A stretch of 64,000 nt of DNA from Dehalococcoidia bacterium (GCA_029936815.1 JAPYRX010000004.1:20423-84422), one strand, 5' to 3'. Counted from the stretch's first letter, positions 18,294-29,085 are shown. The notes: generated by a model from the letters alone, not told the origin. Numbers and translations are program-made.

Positions 18294-19599
18294 TATATCT
18301 CAAAATGAATTTTCGAAAAGAAGAAATCAACTCTCCAAATATATAGATAACGGAGTACTGATATTACCTGGAAATAAATCATTTGTGCGAAATCATGATG
18401 TTAATTTTGATTTCAGACAAAATTCAGACTTTTGGTACCTTTCAGGATTTAATGAACCTAACTCAATATTAATAATACTTTTCAAACCCGAAATTGAATA
18501 CATAATATTTGTCGAACCATATGACGTTCACCACCATATATGGGAAGGTTATAGGGCAGGAATAGAAGGTGCAGAAAATACTTTCAAAGCTAATAAATCT
18601 TATCCAATAAGTGAGATTCAAAATATACTTCCAGAAATAATGTCTGAATATGATGATATATATTATAGAATTGGTTCTGATGATATAGTAGATGATATTA
18701 TAACTTCCTTTTATTCAACACAACTTAGACAAGTGACTGGTAAAAGGGGCAATTATAATATTAATTCAAATTTGAATCATGGATCTGTAAGCATAATAGA
18801 CCCAATCCCATTTATTTCAAATTTGAGAATGATTAAAAGTGAAAATGAAATTAAATTAATTGATGAAGCAATTAATATTACTTCTAAAGGGTTTAATCAT
18901 ATTCATTCTCTATTAGATACTTCAATGACTGAATATGAAGTTCAAGTTGAAATAGAATATTTGTTTAGAAAAAATGGCTCAAGATATAATGCCTATCCAT
19001 CTATCGTGGCCGGAGGAAAAAATGCTTGTGTTTTACATTATATTGACAACAATCAAAATTTAAATAACGCTGACTTTTTATTGATAGATGCTGGCGCTGA
19101 ATTCGAATATTATGCCTCTGATATAACAAGGACATACAAAGTATCTAAAAATATTCACTCATTGAAACTTGAAGCTTATAATATTGTTTTAGACGCGCAA
19201 CAAAATGCAATAAAATCTGTAAGACCAGGTAGAACGCTCAAAGATATTCATAAAACTGCGTTAGATATTCTGATTGATGGATTAAAAGATTTGAAATTTC
19301 TTGATGCTTCTTATCAGGATATTATAGAAAACAACTTATATTCCGAATACTATATGCATGGGACATCACATTGGTTAGGATTAGATGTACATGATTCTTC
19401 TCCGTACACCATAAATAAAACCGATGTTATTCTTGAACCTGGAATGATATTTACTGTAGAACCTGGCTTGTATTTTTCTAGCAGATCTTCATTTACTACT
19501 CATAATAAAAATCTTGAAGGCACCGGAATAAGAATTGAAGATAATATACTAGTTACGAAAGATGGTTATAGAAATATGTCTGATCAAATTAAATATTAA
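18286..19599 (+). CDS. pepP: Xaa-Pro aminopeptidase (M24B)
   Basis: An N-terminal creatinase-like domain is present (FRQNSDFWYLSGF). The metal ligands follow the pattern DAGAEFEYYASDITRT, HGTSHWLGLDVHD, EPG and RIED. Confidence 0.9.
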   Translation: MINISQNEFSKRRNQLSKYIDNGVLILPGNKSFVRNHDVNFDFRQNSDFWYLSGFNEPNSILIILFKPEIEYIIFVEPYDVHHHIWEGYRAGIEGAENTFKANKSYPISEIQNILPEIMSEYDDIYYRIGSDDIVDDIITSFYSTQLRQVTGKRGNYNINSNLNHGSVSIIDPIPFISNLRMIKSENEIKLIDEAINITSKGFNHIHSLLDTSMTEYEVQVEIEYLFRKNGSRYNAYPSIVAGGKNACVLHYIDNNQNLNNADFLLIDAGAEFEYYASDITRTYKVSKNIHSLKLEAYNIVLDAQQNAIKSVRPGRTLKDIHKTALDILIDGLKDLKFLDASYQDIIENNLYSEYYMHGTSHWLGLDVHDSSPYTINKTDVILEPGMIFTVEPGLYFSSRSSFTTHNKNLEGTGIRIEDNILVTKDGYRNMSDQIKY

Positions 19600-19606
19600 A
19601 TTAATT

Positions 19607-21535
19607 TTATTTGACGGCATTTTTAACTAAATCATCTACAACTTCAGGTTCTGCAAGAGTAGATGTATCTCCGATATTGTCCAAATCTTTTTCGGCTATT
19701 TTTCTAAGAATTCTTCTCATAATTTTACCACTTCGAGTTTTAGGAAGTCCTGGAGCCCATTGTACTGTGTCTATTGTTGCTATTGGGCCAATTTGAGTTC
19801 TAACTTGTTGAATCAACTCTTTTTTTAATTTATCAGAAGCTTCTACTCCTTGATTAAGTGTAATATAAGCATAAATTCCTTGACCTTTAATTTCATGAGG
19901 AAATCCTACAACTGCTGATTCTGCTACATTTTTATGAAGAACTAATGCAGACTCTATCTCTGCTGTCCCTAATCTATGCCCAGAAACATTGATAACATCG
20001 TCAACTCTACCAGTTATCCAATAATATCCGTCCTCATCTCTTCTGCATCCATCTCCAGTAAAGTAATATCCTTTATAGGTTGTAAAATATGTATTGTAAA
20101 ACCTATCTGTATCACCATATACTCCTCTCATTTGACCAGGCCATGATGATTTGATACATAAATTACCACTCGTTGCACCTTCTAGTTCATTTCCTTCATT
20201 ATCAACTAATACAGGTTCAATCCCGAATAAAGGTTTTGTTGCTGAACCCGGTTTTAGTTTAGTTGCTCCGGGTAAAGGTGATATAAGGATTCCTCCAGTC
20301 TCTGTTTGCCACCATGTATCTACAATAGGTAATTTGCCTTTACCAATGACATTATAATACCAAAGCCATGCTTCAGGGTTAATTGGTTCACCTACAGTAC
20401 CTAATAGCTTTAAAGAATCTAATTTTCTTTTGGAAACATGGTGATCACCCATCCTAGCTATAGCTCTGATTGCAGTAGGAGCAGTGTAAAAAATATTTAC
20501 TTTATGCTTATCTATAACATCCCAAAATCGTCCCCAATCCGGATATTGTGGAACACCTTCAAACATTACTGTAGTAGCTCCGTTTGCTAGTGGACCATAA
20601 ATTATATAAGAATGTCCAGTAATCCATCCTATATCGGCAGTGCACCAAAATATATCACCATCTTTATAATCAAATACATATTTATGAGTTAGTGATGTGT
20701 AAACAATATAACCTCCGGTAGTATGAAGAACTCCTTTAGGTTTTCCTGTAGAACCTGAGGTATAAAGTATAAAAAGTGGATCTTCAGCATCCATTTCTTC
20801 TGGAGGGCACTCATCGCTTATTGAAGAGTCATTTACTTCTTCATCCCACCAAAAATCTCTTCCTGATAACATGTATGTTTCTTCTCCTGTTCTTTTTACC
20901 ACAATACATTTTTCAACGTCTGTTCCGTCCATAGCAATATCTGCATTAGATTTAGACGGTACTGATTTACTACCTCTAACACCTCTATCAGCACAAATTA
21001 TAAGCTTTGGTTTACAATCTAAAATTCGGCTATTTAATGAATCTGAACTAAATCCCCCAAATACTACTGAATGGATTGCCCCTATTCGAGCACATGCCAA
21101 AACAGCTATAGCAAGTTCAGGAATCATTGGCATGTAAATGATTACAACATCACCTTTTACAACACCATGCTTTTTTAATACGTTAGAAAACCTTGATACT
21201 TCCTTATGGAGTTCATTGTATGTATATTTTTTTTCAAGATTTGGATCATCTGATTCCCAAATAATTGCTGTTTGATCACCTCTTTTTTCTAAATGTCTAT
21301 CAATACAATTGTATGAAACATTTAGTTTTCCCCCAGTATACCAACTTATATCTGCAGTATTGAAATCGTAATCCATGACTTTATCCCATTTTTTAAACCA
21401 ATCAATATCATTTGCTTGATCAGCCCAAAATTTCTCGGGATTATCAATTGATTCTTTGTACATTTCATCATATCTTTTCGGATTTATATAAGCATTTGTT
21501 TTAAATTCGTCTTTTATATCAATTATTTCACTCAT
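19607..21535 (-). CDS. acs: Acetyl-CoA synthetase
   Basis: 642 aa with motifs [42 protein letters not shown] and [11 protein letters not shown]. Confidence 0.95.
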   Translation of the reverse strand: MSEIIDIKDEFKTNAYINPKRYDEMYKESIDNPEKFWADQANDIDWFKKWDKVMDYDFNTADISWYTGGKLNVSYNCIDRHLEKRGDQTAIIWESDDPNLEKKYTYNELHKEVSRFSNVLKKHGVVKGDVVIIYMPMIPELAIAVLACARIGAIHSVVFGGFSSDSLNSRILDCKPKLIICADRGVRGSKSVPSKSNADIAMDGTDVEKCIVVKRTGEETYMLSGRDFWWDEEVNDSSISDECPPEEMDAEDPLFILYTSGSTGKPKGVLHTTGGYIVYTSLTHKYVFDYKDGDIFWCTADIGWITGHSYIIYGPLANGATTVMFEGVPQYPDWGRFWDVIDKHKVNIFYTAPTAIRAIARMGDHHVSKRKLDSLKLLGTVGEPINPEAWLWYYNVIGKGKLPIVDTWWQTETGGILISPLPGATKLKPGSATKPLFGIEPVLVDNEGNELEGATSGNLCIKSSWPGQMRGVYGDTDRFYNTYFTTYKGYYFTGDGCRRDEDGYYWITGRVDDVINVSGHRLGTAEIESALVLHKNVAESAVVGFPHEIKGQGIYAYITLNQGVEASDKLKKELIQQVRTQIGPIATIDTVQWAPGLPKTRSGKIMRRILRKIAEKDLDNIGDTSTLAEPEVVDDLVKNAVK

Positions 21536-21621
21536 ATATCACTCCATTATTATTAATCAGATAAATTACAATAAGTTTAAGCTATACTTTTTATCATGAC
21601 AACTTTATAAGGAAGTAATTT

Positions 21622-22392
21622 ATGAAATATACTATGATTAGCTGGAATGTTAATGGAATTCGAGCGATATATAAAAAAGGATTTTCAGATTGGTTATTAA
21701 AAGAAAACCCGGATGTTTTTTGTGCTCAAGAAACAAAAGCTCAAAAAGCGCAGCTATCAGATGAAATAATTAATATTGGAGACTATAAATCTTATTTTCA
21801 TTCCGCAGAAAAAAAAGGTTATAGTGGCGTCGCTACTTATACAAAAATCAAACCTAAATCTGTTAACTATGGTTTTGGAGATGATTATTTCAATAATGAA
21901 GGAAGAACAATTTTAACCGATTTTGAAGATTTCAAATTATTTAATATATATTTCCCCAATGGACAACGATCGGAAGAAAGACTTCAATACAAATTACATT
22001 TTTACGACTCTTTTTTAAAAATATTAAAAAAATTAAATGATAATAATGAAAAAATTATTATTTGTGGAGACGTCAATACCGCTCATAAAGAAATTGATTT
22101 AGCAAGACCAAAAGAAAACTCCAAAGTATCAGGATTTCTTGATATAGAAAGAGAGTGGGTAGGCCAATTAATTGATAATAGTTTTATCGATTCATTTAGA
22201 CTTTTTAACTTGTCACCTGATAATTATACTTGGTGGAATATGAGAACTAGAGCTAGAGATAGAAATGTTGGATGGAGGATTGATTACTTTTTTGTTTCTG
22301 AAAATTTAATTGAAAATATTGAACATGCGACTATCTTAAATGAGATTACGGGTTCGGACCATTGTCCAATTAAATTAGAAATGAATTTTTAA
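21622..22392 (+). CDS. xth: Exodeoxyribonuclease III
   Basis: ISWNVNG, CAQETK, GDVNTAH, WRIDY and the C-terminal SDHCP are present. Confidence 0.9.
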   Translation: MKYTMISWNVNGIRAIYKKGFSDWLLKENPDVFCAQETKAQKAQLSDEIINIGDYKSYFHSAEKKGYSGVATYTKIKPKSVNYGFGDDYFNNEGRTILTDFEDFKLFNIYFPNGQRSEERLQYKLHFYDSFLKILKKLNDNNEKIIICGDVNTAHKEIDLARPKENSKVSGFLDIEREWVGQLIDNSFIDSFRLFNLSPDNYTWWNMRTRARDRNVGWRIDYFFVSENLIENIEHATILNEITGSDHCPIKLEMNF

Positions 22393-22640
22393 CCAAGGGA
22401 TTTTATTTTATTTAATACTTCATTTGGTTTTGGATTTACTTGATGATCATTGTCAGAATATACAAGCATTGGAATTGTTCTTCCTCCATTCTGATATTTA
22501 TATAAATCATCAATATACTGAGGATCTTGATCGATATTGATAGATTCGTATTCAATATTACTTCTATCCATAAACGATTTCAAACTGTGACAATAGCCAC
22601 ACCAAGCTGCTGTATAAAATTGTATTTTAGTTTTATCCAT
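22389..22640 (-). CDS. Mycoredoxin-type glutaredoxin (CGYC active site)
   Basis: 83 aa. It reads FYTAAWCGYCHSLKSF...NGGRTIPMLVY...VNP. The CGYC motif plus NGG.RT(V/I)P is the mycoredoxin-1 pattern. Confidence 0.7.
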   Translation of the reverse strand: MDKTKIQFYTAAWCGYCHSLKSFMDRSNIEYESINIDQDPQYIDDLYKYQNGGRTIPMLVYSDNDHQVNPKPNEVLNKIKSLG

Positions 22641-22726
22641 ATAATTATTATAATGACTTAATACTTATTAGTAAATCAGTAAGTATTAGGTTAAAATAAT
22701 TTATTATAAATATTTATTTTTAACTT

Positions 22727-23470
22727 ATGACATTTCGAAATAAAATAGCTATTGTGACTGGTGGTTCATCTGGGATAGGTGAATCAACAATTAGTCAATT
22801 GTTATCTCAAAATACCACTGTAATAAACTTAGACATTTCTAGCCCTAATATTACGAACAAACTTTTAAAGTTTATTGAAATAGATGTTACAGATGAAGAA
22901 TCAGTTATTGAAACTATAAAAAATTTATATAAAGAATTTGATCAGATTGATTTTTTAATTAACAGTGCTGGTGTAACAGCAAGAAATGCTTTGGCAAATG
23001 AATTTTCCGATTATGAATTATGGAAACGTGTTTTAGACGTAAATCTAAATGGAACATATTTAGTAAGTAGAGAAGTTGTTAAATATATGATTTTGAAAAA
23101 ATCAGGAAGTATAGTTAATTTGTCTTCTATAATGGGTAGGGTAGTTTATCCTCAAATTCTTAATTCACTGACAAGTCCATATCCAATTTCAAAAGGTGGA
23201 ATTGTCCAATACACAAAAAATTTGGCTTCATATGTTGCTGATAAAGGAATACGTGTAAATTGTGTTTCCCCTGCATTTATTATTACTGATTTAACAAAAA
23301 ATATACTTGAAGACGAAGTTATTGGAAATGAATTGAAATCTAGAACACCTATGAAAAGATTTGGAACACCTGAAGAAGTTGCAAATGTCATAAATTTTTT
23401 GTGCTCTGATAAATCATCATATATAACAGGGATTGATATACCGGTTGACGGAGGTTATTTAATATTATAA
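22727..23470 (+). CDS. SDR-family oxidoreductase (FabG-like)
   Basis: TGGSSGIG, NSAG, the catalytic SS...Y..SK pattern (YPISKGG) and the C-terminal ITGIDIPVDGG are present. Confidence 0.85.
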   Translation: MTFRNKIAIVTGGSSGIGESTISQLLSQNTTVINLDISSPNITNKLLKFIEIDVTDEESVIETIKNLYKEFDQIDFLINSAGVTARNALANEFSDYELWKRVLDVNLNGTYLVSREVVKYMILKKSGSIVNLSSIMGRVVYPQILNSLTSPYPISKGGIVQYTKNLASYVADKGIRVNCVSPAFIITDLTKNILEDEVIGNELKSRTPMKRFGTPEEVANVINFLCSDKSSYITGIDIPVDGGYLIL

Positions 23471-23973
23471 TGGCTAGTAGAAGAACTCCTATTGTATTAT
23501 TCAATTTTATTAAATCTTTTGGAAAAAGTATTTTTGATATTACCCATATAGATGAAAATATATACCTTTCAGGAGAATATAATAAATATGATTTGTTACA
23601 CATAAAAAAATTAGGTATCAAATGTGTTTTAGATATGCGAAGTGAAATCAAATTTGAAAAACATGAATTTGATTCTATAGGAATTGACTACTTTAATATT
23701 CCCGTAGATAATTTTTATCCTCCAAATAAAAAACAAACACTTGATGCAATAAATATTATTGATACATACATTAAATCTAATCAAAAAATCTTAATTCACT
23801 GTAAGGAAGGCGTAGGAAGAAGCCCATTTATTCTAATCGCTTATTACATAACAAAAAGGGAAGATTTATATGAAAGTATTAAATTGATCAAATCAAAAAG
23901 ATGGGGAGTCAATTTAAATAAGATTCAATTAACACATATAAAAAAATTTTACGAAAAGTTCACTTTTAATTAA
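23470..23973 (+). CDS. Dual-specificity / Cys-based protein phosphatase
   Basis: The HCX5R P-loop IHCKEGVGRS is present. The start ATG shares one base with the SDR stop (TAATG). Confidence 0.75.
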   Translation: MASRRTPIVLFNFIKSFGKSIFDITHIDENIYLSGEYNKYDLLHIKKLGIKCVLDMRSEIKFEKHEFDSIGIDYFNIPVDNFYPPNKKQTLDAINIIDTYIKSNQKILIHCKEGVGRSPFILIAYYITKREDLYESIKLIKSKRWGVNLNKIQLTHIKKFYEKFTFN

Positions 23974-23974
23974 A

Positions 23975-24760
23975 TTAAATATTTTTATTTATATATTCTG
24001 TAATTTGAGCACTAAGATTTGATTTTACATCATATCCTCCTGGATTCATATTTGTATCTAATTTAGAGACAGAAATATAACCTTTTTGAATCGCTTCCAT
24101 ATCTGATTCTTCAGGATAATTAGCTTCTTCTTTGAGATCCAACCTTAGAAAATAATAATCTCCTCTAGGTCGAGTTTCTTTAATTAAAACTTCATCTTCT
24201 ACTCTTGGTCCTATAAAAGTATTTTTGGCACCATTAAATTTAGAGCTTTCTATATTTGGAAAATTAATATTGATAACTTCTGGTTTTGATATTTTATTAT
24301 CACTTATAAATTTACATATCATGCCAGAATATTTAACAGCTTTTGTTATATCAGTTTGAACGGCATCAAGGGATGCTATAGATAGAGCAATAGACAATGT
24401 TCCGCCTAAATAACCATGAATCGCAGCACCTACTGTACCTGAAACAAATACATCAGCTCCCATATTTGCGCCATAATTTATACCAGATACTACTAAATCA
24501 AATGGTTTGTCAGCTATTTCTTTTCTGGCCATAATCACACTATCTGCAGGAGTTCCTTCTACAGCATAAAAATCAATATTTGTTCCAAAATCAATTTTAT
24601 TAAATCTCAAAACATCCCTTAGAGTTATGCTTGCACCTTTGCCTGAACTATCTCTATCAGGAGCAACTACAGTTACATTTCCATATTTGTTTAATTCTTT
24701 TGCTAATTTGACTAGAGCGGGTGAGTTAATCCCATCATCGTTAGTTAATAATATTTCCAT
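23975..24760 (-). CDS. surE: 5'/3'-nucleotidase SurE
   Basis: The N-terminus is ILLTNDDGINSPAL. GINYGAN and SGTVGAA are also present. Confidence 0.9.
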   Translation of the reverse strand: MEILLTNDDGINSPALVKLAKELNKYGNVTVVAPDRDSSGKGASITLRDVLRFNKIDFGTNIDFYAVEGTPADSVIMARKEIADKPFDLVVSGINYGANMGADVFVSGTVGAAIHGYLGGTLSIALSIASLDAVQTDITKAVKYSGMICKFISDNKISKPEVININFPNIESSKFNGAKNTFIGPRVEDEVLIKETRPRGDYYFLRLDLKEEANYPEESDMEAIQKGYISVSKLDTNMNPGGYDVKSNLSAQITEYINKNI

Positions 24761-24864
24761 ATAATTTCCTTAATAAATAAATAAAAGGGGGTTAATTTGA
24801 ATTATACTTTAGATATAATACTTCAGCAATTTATTATCAAACTTTAAAGTTAAAGGTTAATATT

Positions 24865-26013
24865 ATGAATTCTCAAAGAGAAATGTTTCACATTCCACGA
24901 GATATTGCCTATTTGAATACTGCTTATTTTGGTTGTTTTACTAACAAAACGACTGAAGAGGCAATTAAAGGTGCAAAAATCAAATCTAACCCTTGGAATA
25001 TTACAATCCCAGATTTTTTTAAGGAAGCTGATATTGCTAGAAACCTGTTTGCTAAATTAATTAATACAGAATCAAATAATATAGCACTTATACCTTCTGC
25101 AAGTTATGGATTTGCTTTGGCTGCTAAAAATATAACTATTTCTAAAACCGATACTATTATGATTTTATCCGAACAATTTCCTTCTAACTATTATGTATGG
25201 GAAGAAATTTCAAAAGATACTGGTGCTACATTATCTATTGTTCCAAGACCTGAAGACGATGACTGGACAACTAATATTATTAATCAAATAGACAATGATA
25301 AATCCATAAAAGTTATATCCTTGGAAAACATTCATTGGACTGACGGTGGAATGATTGATTTGAAAACAATTTCAAATCATATAAAAGATAAAAATATTAA
25401 ATTACTTATAGACGGAACTCAATCTGTTGGAGCGTTCCCAACTGATATAAAGGAAATCAATCCTGATTTCTTAATTGTATCTGGGTATAAGTGGTTGTTG
25501 GGGCCATATAATTTAGGTTTTTGTTATATATCTCCAGATTATCATGAATCTGGATCGCCATTAGAATATTGGTGGGGAGGTAGAGTAGGCTCTGATAATG
25601 TCACATCATTAACAAATTACCCACAAGAATTTCTTCCAGGTGCCTCGAAATTCGATTTTGCTCATAAAGGAAATTTTCATTTATTACCCCCTATGATTAA
25701 AGCTCTTGAACAATTACTTGAATGGGGAATTGATAATATTTATGAATATATTAACTCTGTTAATAATAAAATTATTGATTCTGTATCATCACTAGGTATT
25801 ATACCCATAGAAAAACAATATAGAGCAAAACATTATTTAGGATTAAGATTTCCAAGAGAAATTCCAAAAGATTTTACTCAATATTTAGCAGATAATGACG
25901 TACATGTAAGTGTAAGAGGTAAAAATTCAGTTAGAGTTACTCCTCATGTTTGGGTTGATGATAATGACATAGATAAATTCATCGATAGTATCAAATCATA
26001 TTTAAGTAAATAA
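24865..26013 (+). CDS. Class V aminotransferase-fold PLP enzyme (cysteine desulfurase/selenocysteine lyase-like superfamily)
   Basis: The region around the PLP lysine reads VSGYKWLLGPYNLGFCY. A DGTQSVGAFP motif is present. Substrate cannot be assigned. Confidence 0.7.
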   Translation: MNSQREMFHIPRDIAYLNTAYFGCFTNKTTEEAIKGAKIKSNPWNITIPDFFKEADIARNLFAKLINTESNNIALIPSASYGFALAAKNITISKTDTIMILSEQFPSNYYVWEEISKDTGATLSIVPRPEDDDWTTNIINQIDNDKSIKVISLENIHWTDGGMIDLKTISNHIKDKNIKLLIDGTQSVGAFPTDIKEINPDFLIVSGYKWLLGPYNLGFCYISPDYHESGSPLEYWWGGRVGSDNVTSLTNYPQEFLPGASKFDFAHKGNFHLLPPMIKALEQLLEWGIDNIYEYINSVNNKIIDSVSSLGIIPIEKQYRAKHYLGLRFPREIPKDFTQYLADNDVHVSVRGKNSVRVTPHVWVDDNDIDKFIDSIKSYLSK

Positions 26014-26015
26014 TA

Positions 26016-26924
26016 TTGAATACAGATTATATTCATCATAATAGTTACAGGATTGCATATCGTACATGGAATGAATACGATCCAAAAAAACCGACTTTAG
26101 TTTTTGCACATGCATCTGGATTTCATTCAATGATATGGAATGAAATAATTCAAAATCTTTCACCCTATCATTGTATTGCAATAGATTTTTCAGCTCACGG
26201 ATTAAGTGACAATCCTGATGTAGATTATAAATGGAATCAGTTTTCAAATGAACTTAAAGCATTAATTACAGAATTGAATTTAAGTAATATTATTGGAATT
26301 GGGCATTCATTAGGTGCTTACGCTATAACACATAGTACTGCCACATTGAATGAAAGATATGATGGATTAATTTTATTTGATCCTTCGATTTTCACGAAAG
26401 ATAAATATTTAAACAAAATAAGTAAAAATATTAGTGCACAAGGCATTGATAAATCTAAGCCGCATCCAATAAGTAAAAGAAATAATGTTTGGGAATCTAA
26501 AAGTGAAATGTTTAATCGATTTAAAGATCGATATCCATTCATATACTGGGATAAATCTGTACTCTTAGATTATTGCGAATATGGATTGAATTATAATTCT
26601 GTAGATAAAGTATTTAATTTGTCATGTCCTCCTTGGGCAGAAGGGAGAATGATGTACGGAAGTGCAGAATACGGAATATTCGACATTATTAACTCTTTCA
26701 AAAAAGATGTATTAATAATCCGATCTGGCGGAATAAAAGCAAATAAAAACGATGATTTATTTTCTAGATCAGTTACGGATCCTGATTTGCACAAAATATT
26801 TTTAAAATCTAAAGATATACTTATAGATGAAGTGACACATTTTATTCCTCAAGAAAAAACAGAGCTATGTGCTAAAATAATAAATAATTATCTGAAAACT
26901 TTAATTAAAGGAATTACATATTGA
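26016..26924 (+). CDS. Alpha/beta hydrolase
   Basis: The nucleophile elbow is GHSLGA and the oxyanion region is FAHASGFHS. A late H (EVTHFIPQE) is present. The start is TTG. Confidence 0.75.
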   Translation: MNTDYIHHNSYRIAYRTWNEYDPKKPTLVFAHASGFHSMIWNEIIQNLSPYHCIAIDFSAHGLSDNPDVDYKWNQFSNELKALITELNLSNIIGIGHSLGAYAITHSTATLNERYDGLILFDPSIFTKDKYLNKISKNISAQGIDKSKPHPISKRNNVWESKSEMFNRFKDRYPFIYWDKSVLLDYCEYGLNYNSVDKVFNLSCPPWAEGRMMYGSAEYGIFDIINSFKKDVLIIRSGGIKANKNDDLFSRSVTDPDLHKIFLKSKDILIDEVTHFIPQEKTELCAKIINNYLKTLIKGITY

Positions 26925-27613
26925 AATATGATGCAATTATATTTGATTTAGATGGAACATTAATTGATTATGATCACTCTCAATATTTAACTTTAAACAA
27001 ATTATTGGAATCATTATCTTGGAAATCTAATACTAAGCCTTCAATTATAGAAGCTTTTCAGCTTTGGTATAAAGAAAAACTTGAAATTTATAATCGCCCA
27101 GATTCCAATGATATTGGTTTTTATGATCAACAAAAAATTATATTAGAAAACTTTCTCGCTCATTATGGTATTATTACTAATTCAACCAAATTAGCTGAAA
27201 ACCTTATTGAACATTATAAATCTTCTTGGAGATTGTATCCCGATGTATTAGAGTGTTTGTTTCAATACGAAGATATACCGATGCATATAATTTCTAATGG
27301 TAATAGTGAATTTCAAAGATTGAAATTAACAAATACTGGGATAGATAAATATTTTGACGAAGTTCTTATTTCTGGAGATATAGGAATAAAAAAACCCGAT
27401 ATTAGAATTTTTCAAACTCTATCTGAAAAAATCAATGTAAATACAGACAAGCTCATATATATTGGAGATAGAATTGAAGTCGATGCTAAAGCTTCTTCAG
27501 ATTCTGGCATGTTAGGTATATGGATAAATAGAAAACGAATTTCTGTTGATAAGGCACCAAAATTGATCAAACAAATTTTTTCTTTAAATGAGTTGGATGA
27601 AATAATAAAATAA
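26921..27613 (+). CDS. HAD-superfamily hydrolase (subfamily IA)
   Basis: Motif I is IIFDLDGTLIDY, motif II is ISNG, and motifs III/IV are KKPD...IGDRIEVD. The start is TTG and overlaps the upstream stop by 4 nt. Confidence 0.8.
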   Translation: MKYDAIIFDLDGTLIDYDHSQYLTLNKLLESLSWKSNTKPSIIEAFQLWYKEKLEIYNRPDSNDIGFYDQQKIILENFLAHYGIITNSTKLAENLIEHYKSSWRLYPDVLECLFQYEDIPMHIISNGNSEFQRLKLTNTGIDKYFDEVLISGDIGIKKPDIRIFQTLSEKINVNTDKLIYIGDRIEVDAKASSDSGMLGIWINRKRISVDKAPKLIKQIFSLNELDEIIK

Positions 27614-27676
27614 TGAATTGATCTTTTTATATTATCAATATATATTAATTCAGTTATCATCAATAATTAAATTCAC

Positions 27677-28930
27677 TTGAAACAATCTGAAATAGATCGA
27701 ACGTCCAACAACGATAGATGGATTCTCGCTACGTTGATTTTAATTGGACACACTGTTAAACATATCTACATATCAGCCTTGTCAGTTATATTATTACCTA
27801 ATATCAAACAATCATTAAATTTATCTTCCACTACCTATGGTAGTTTATCTTTAGCAGGAAGAATCACAGGTACTATCACTACTTTCTTCTCAGGCTTTTT
27901 AGGAGATAAATATGCAAGAAGATCTGGTACATTATTAGGTATATCTTTACTTATAACTGGGATCTCTTATTTATTCTTAAGTTATTCAGATACTATATTT
28001 TTGTTAACAATTTCAATGTTAATCACTGGAATTGGACCATCTATGTATCATGCCCCAGCTTTAGCTACTTTAGCCAAAAAATTTCCTGAAAAACAAGCTT
28101 TTGCATTGTCTTTGCACGGAACAGGAGGTAGCCTAGGTGAAACTTTAGGCCCATTAATTTTCGGCTCCTTTTTGATAGCAACACTTGCTGTAGGTTGGGA
28201 ACAAGCTATGCGTGTCTCTTCTATAATTCCTATTTTGATAGGAGTTATCGGAGGATTTGGTATAAATTATTTTTTAAGAAATGATATATCAAAAAAAGTT
28301 AGTCTTACTAATTATTATTCTGGATTACAAATTATATTCACAAACAAACCCTTATTGATTCTTATAACTGCCGCTGCAATAAGAGGTATGGGAGAATCTG
28401 CACTAGAAGCATTTTTACCAGTATTTTTTCTTGAGAATTGGAAATATTCTGTTAACAGAATTGCGATTTATAAATCTTTGATGAGAGCTAGTGGTACAAT
28501 CACACAACCTCTACTTGGAATATTTACTGACAAATATTCACCCTTAACATTATTAATCCCAAGCTTATTATTTCTAGGGCTTTTGTGTCTTACTATTCCT
28601 TTCTCTAATGATATTACAATATTTTCTATTCCTCTCATTCCAATTACATTGTTAGTAATGGGGATATTTGAATTTTCTTTACAAACTATTTTTGTTTCAC
28701 TAGGCTTAGACTTAACTAAAATCAACAAAAAAGAATCTGAAGATATGAAATCAACTATTGTTGCATTAATGTGGGGTGCAATGTCATTAGGATTAGTCTC
28801 ACCTGTCATTGGAGGCATTATTGCTGATACCATAGGAATGAATTATACAATTATTTATTCTGGTATTTTAATTTTGATATCCGCATTAGCTCTGATTTTT
28901 CTTAAACTTAATATATCAAAACAAGTTTAA
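27677..28930 (+). CDS. MFS transporter
   Basis: 417 aa with about 12 TM segments. The loop motif GFLGDKYARRSG is present. The start is TTG. Confidence 0.75.
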   Translation: MKQSEIDRTSNNDRWILATLILIGHTVKHIYISALSVILLPNIKQSLNLSSTTYGSLSLAGRITGTITTFFSGFLGDKYARRSGTLLGISLLITGISYLFLSYSDTIFLLTISMLITGIGPSMYHAPALATLAKKFPEKQAFALSLHGTGGSLGETLGPLIFGSFLIATLAVGWEQAMRVSSIIPILIGVIGGFGINYFLRNDISKKVSLTNYYSGLQIIFTNKPLLILITAAAIRGMGESALEAFLPVFFLENWKYSVNRIAIYKSLMRASGTITQPLLGIFTDKYSPLTLLIPSLLFLGLLCLTIPFSNDITIFSIPLIPITLLVMGIFEFSLQTIFVSLGLDLTKINKKESEDMKSTIVALMWGAMSLGLVSPVIGGIIADTIGMNYTIIYSGILILISALALIFLKLNISKQV

Positions 28931-28954
28931 ATTCATATTCTTTATGTTAAAATA

Positions 28955-29045
28955 TTAACGCGTGATGGAGAGTAGAATTAAACTCGGCAACCTTTTACCT
29001 TTCAAGGTGCTTTGTACGTGGCTTTAAATAGCAAAGAGGTATTGC
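28955..29045 (+). promoter_or_regulatory. Candidate SAM riboswitch of the SAM-I/SAM-IV clan in the metH leader
   Basis: CGGCAACC (28985..28992) and AAGGUGC (29004..29010) flank a P3 stem GCAACCUU/AAGGUGC with the bulged A, as in S-box P3. GAGAG precedes a short P2 (GAGU 28970..73 / ACUC 28982..85). A possible P1 is CGCGUG (28959..64) paired with UACGUG (29015..20). The P3 loop UACCU (28996..29000) can pair with AGGUA (29037..41), a SAM-IV-style pseudoknot. Confidence 0.45.
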
Positions 29046-29085
29046 ATTTATTCTTCCTCAATTTATTAATTAAATAGTTTGTATA

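Noticed and set aside
28931-29085. A cobalamin riboswitch upstream of the B12-dependent metH.
   Set aside because: I see no B12 box (GCCACUG-like) and no G-rich core. The leader is also shorter than typical cobalamin elements. The conserved strings present match the SAM-I/IV core instead.
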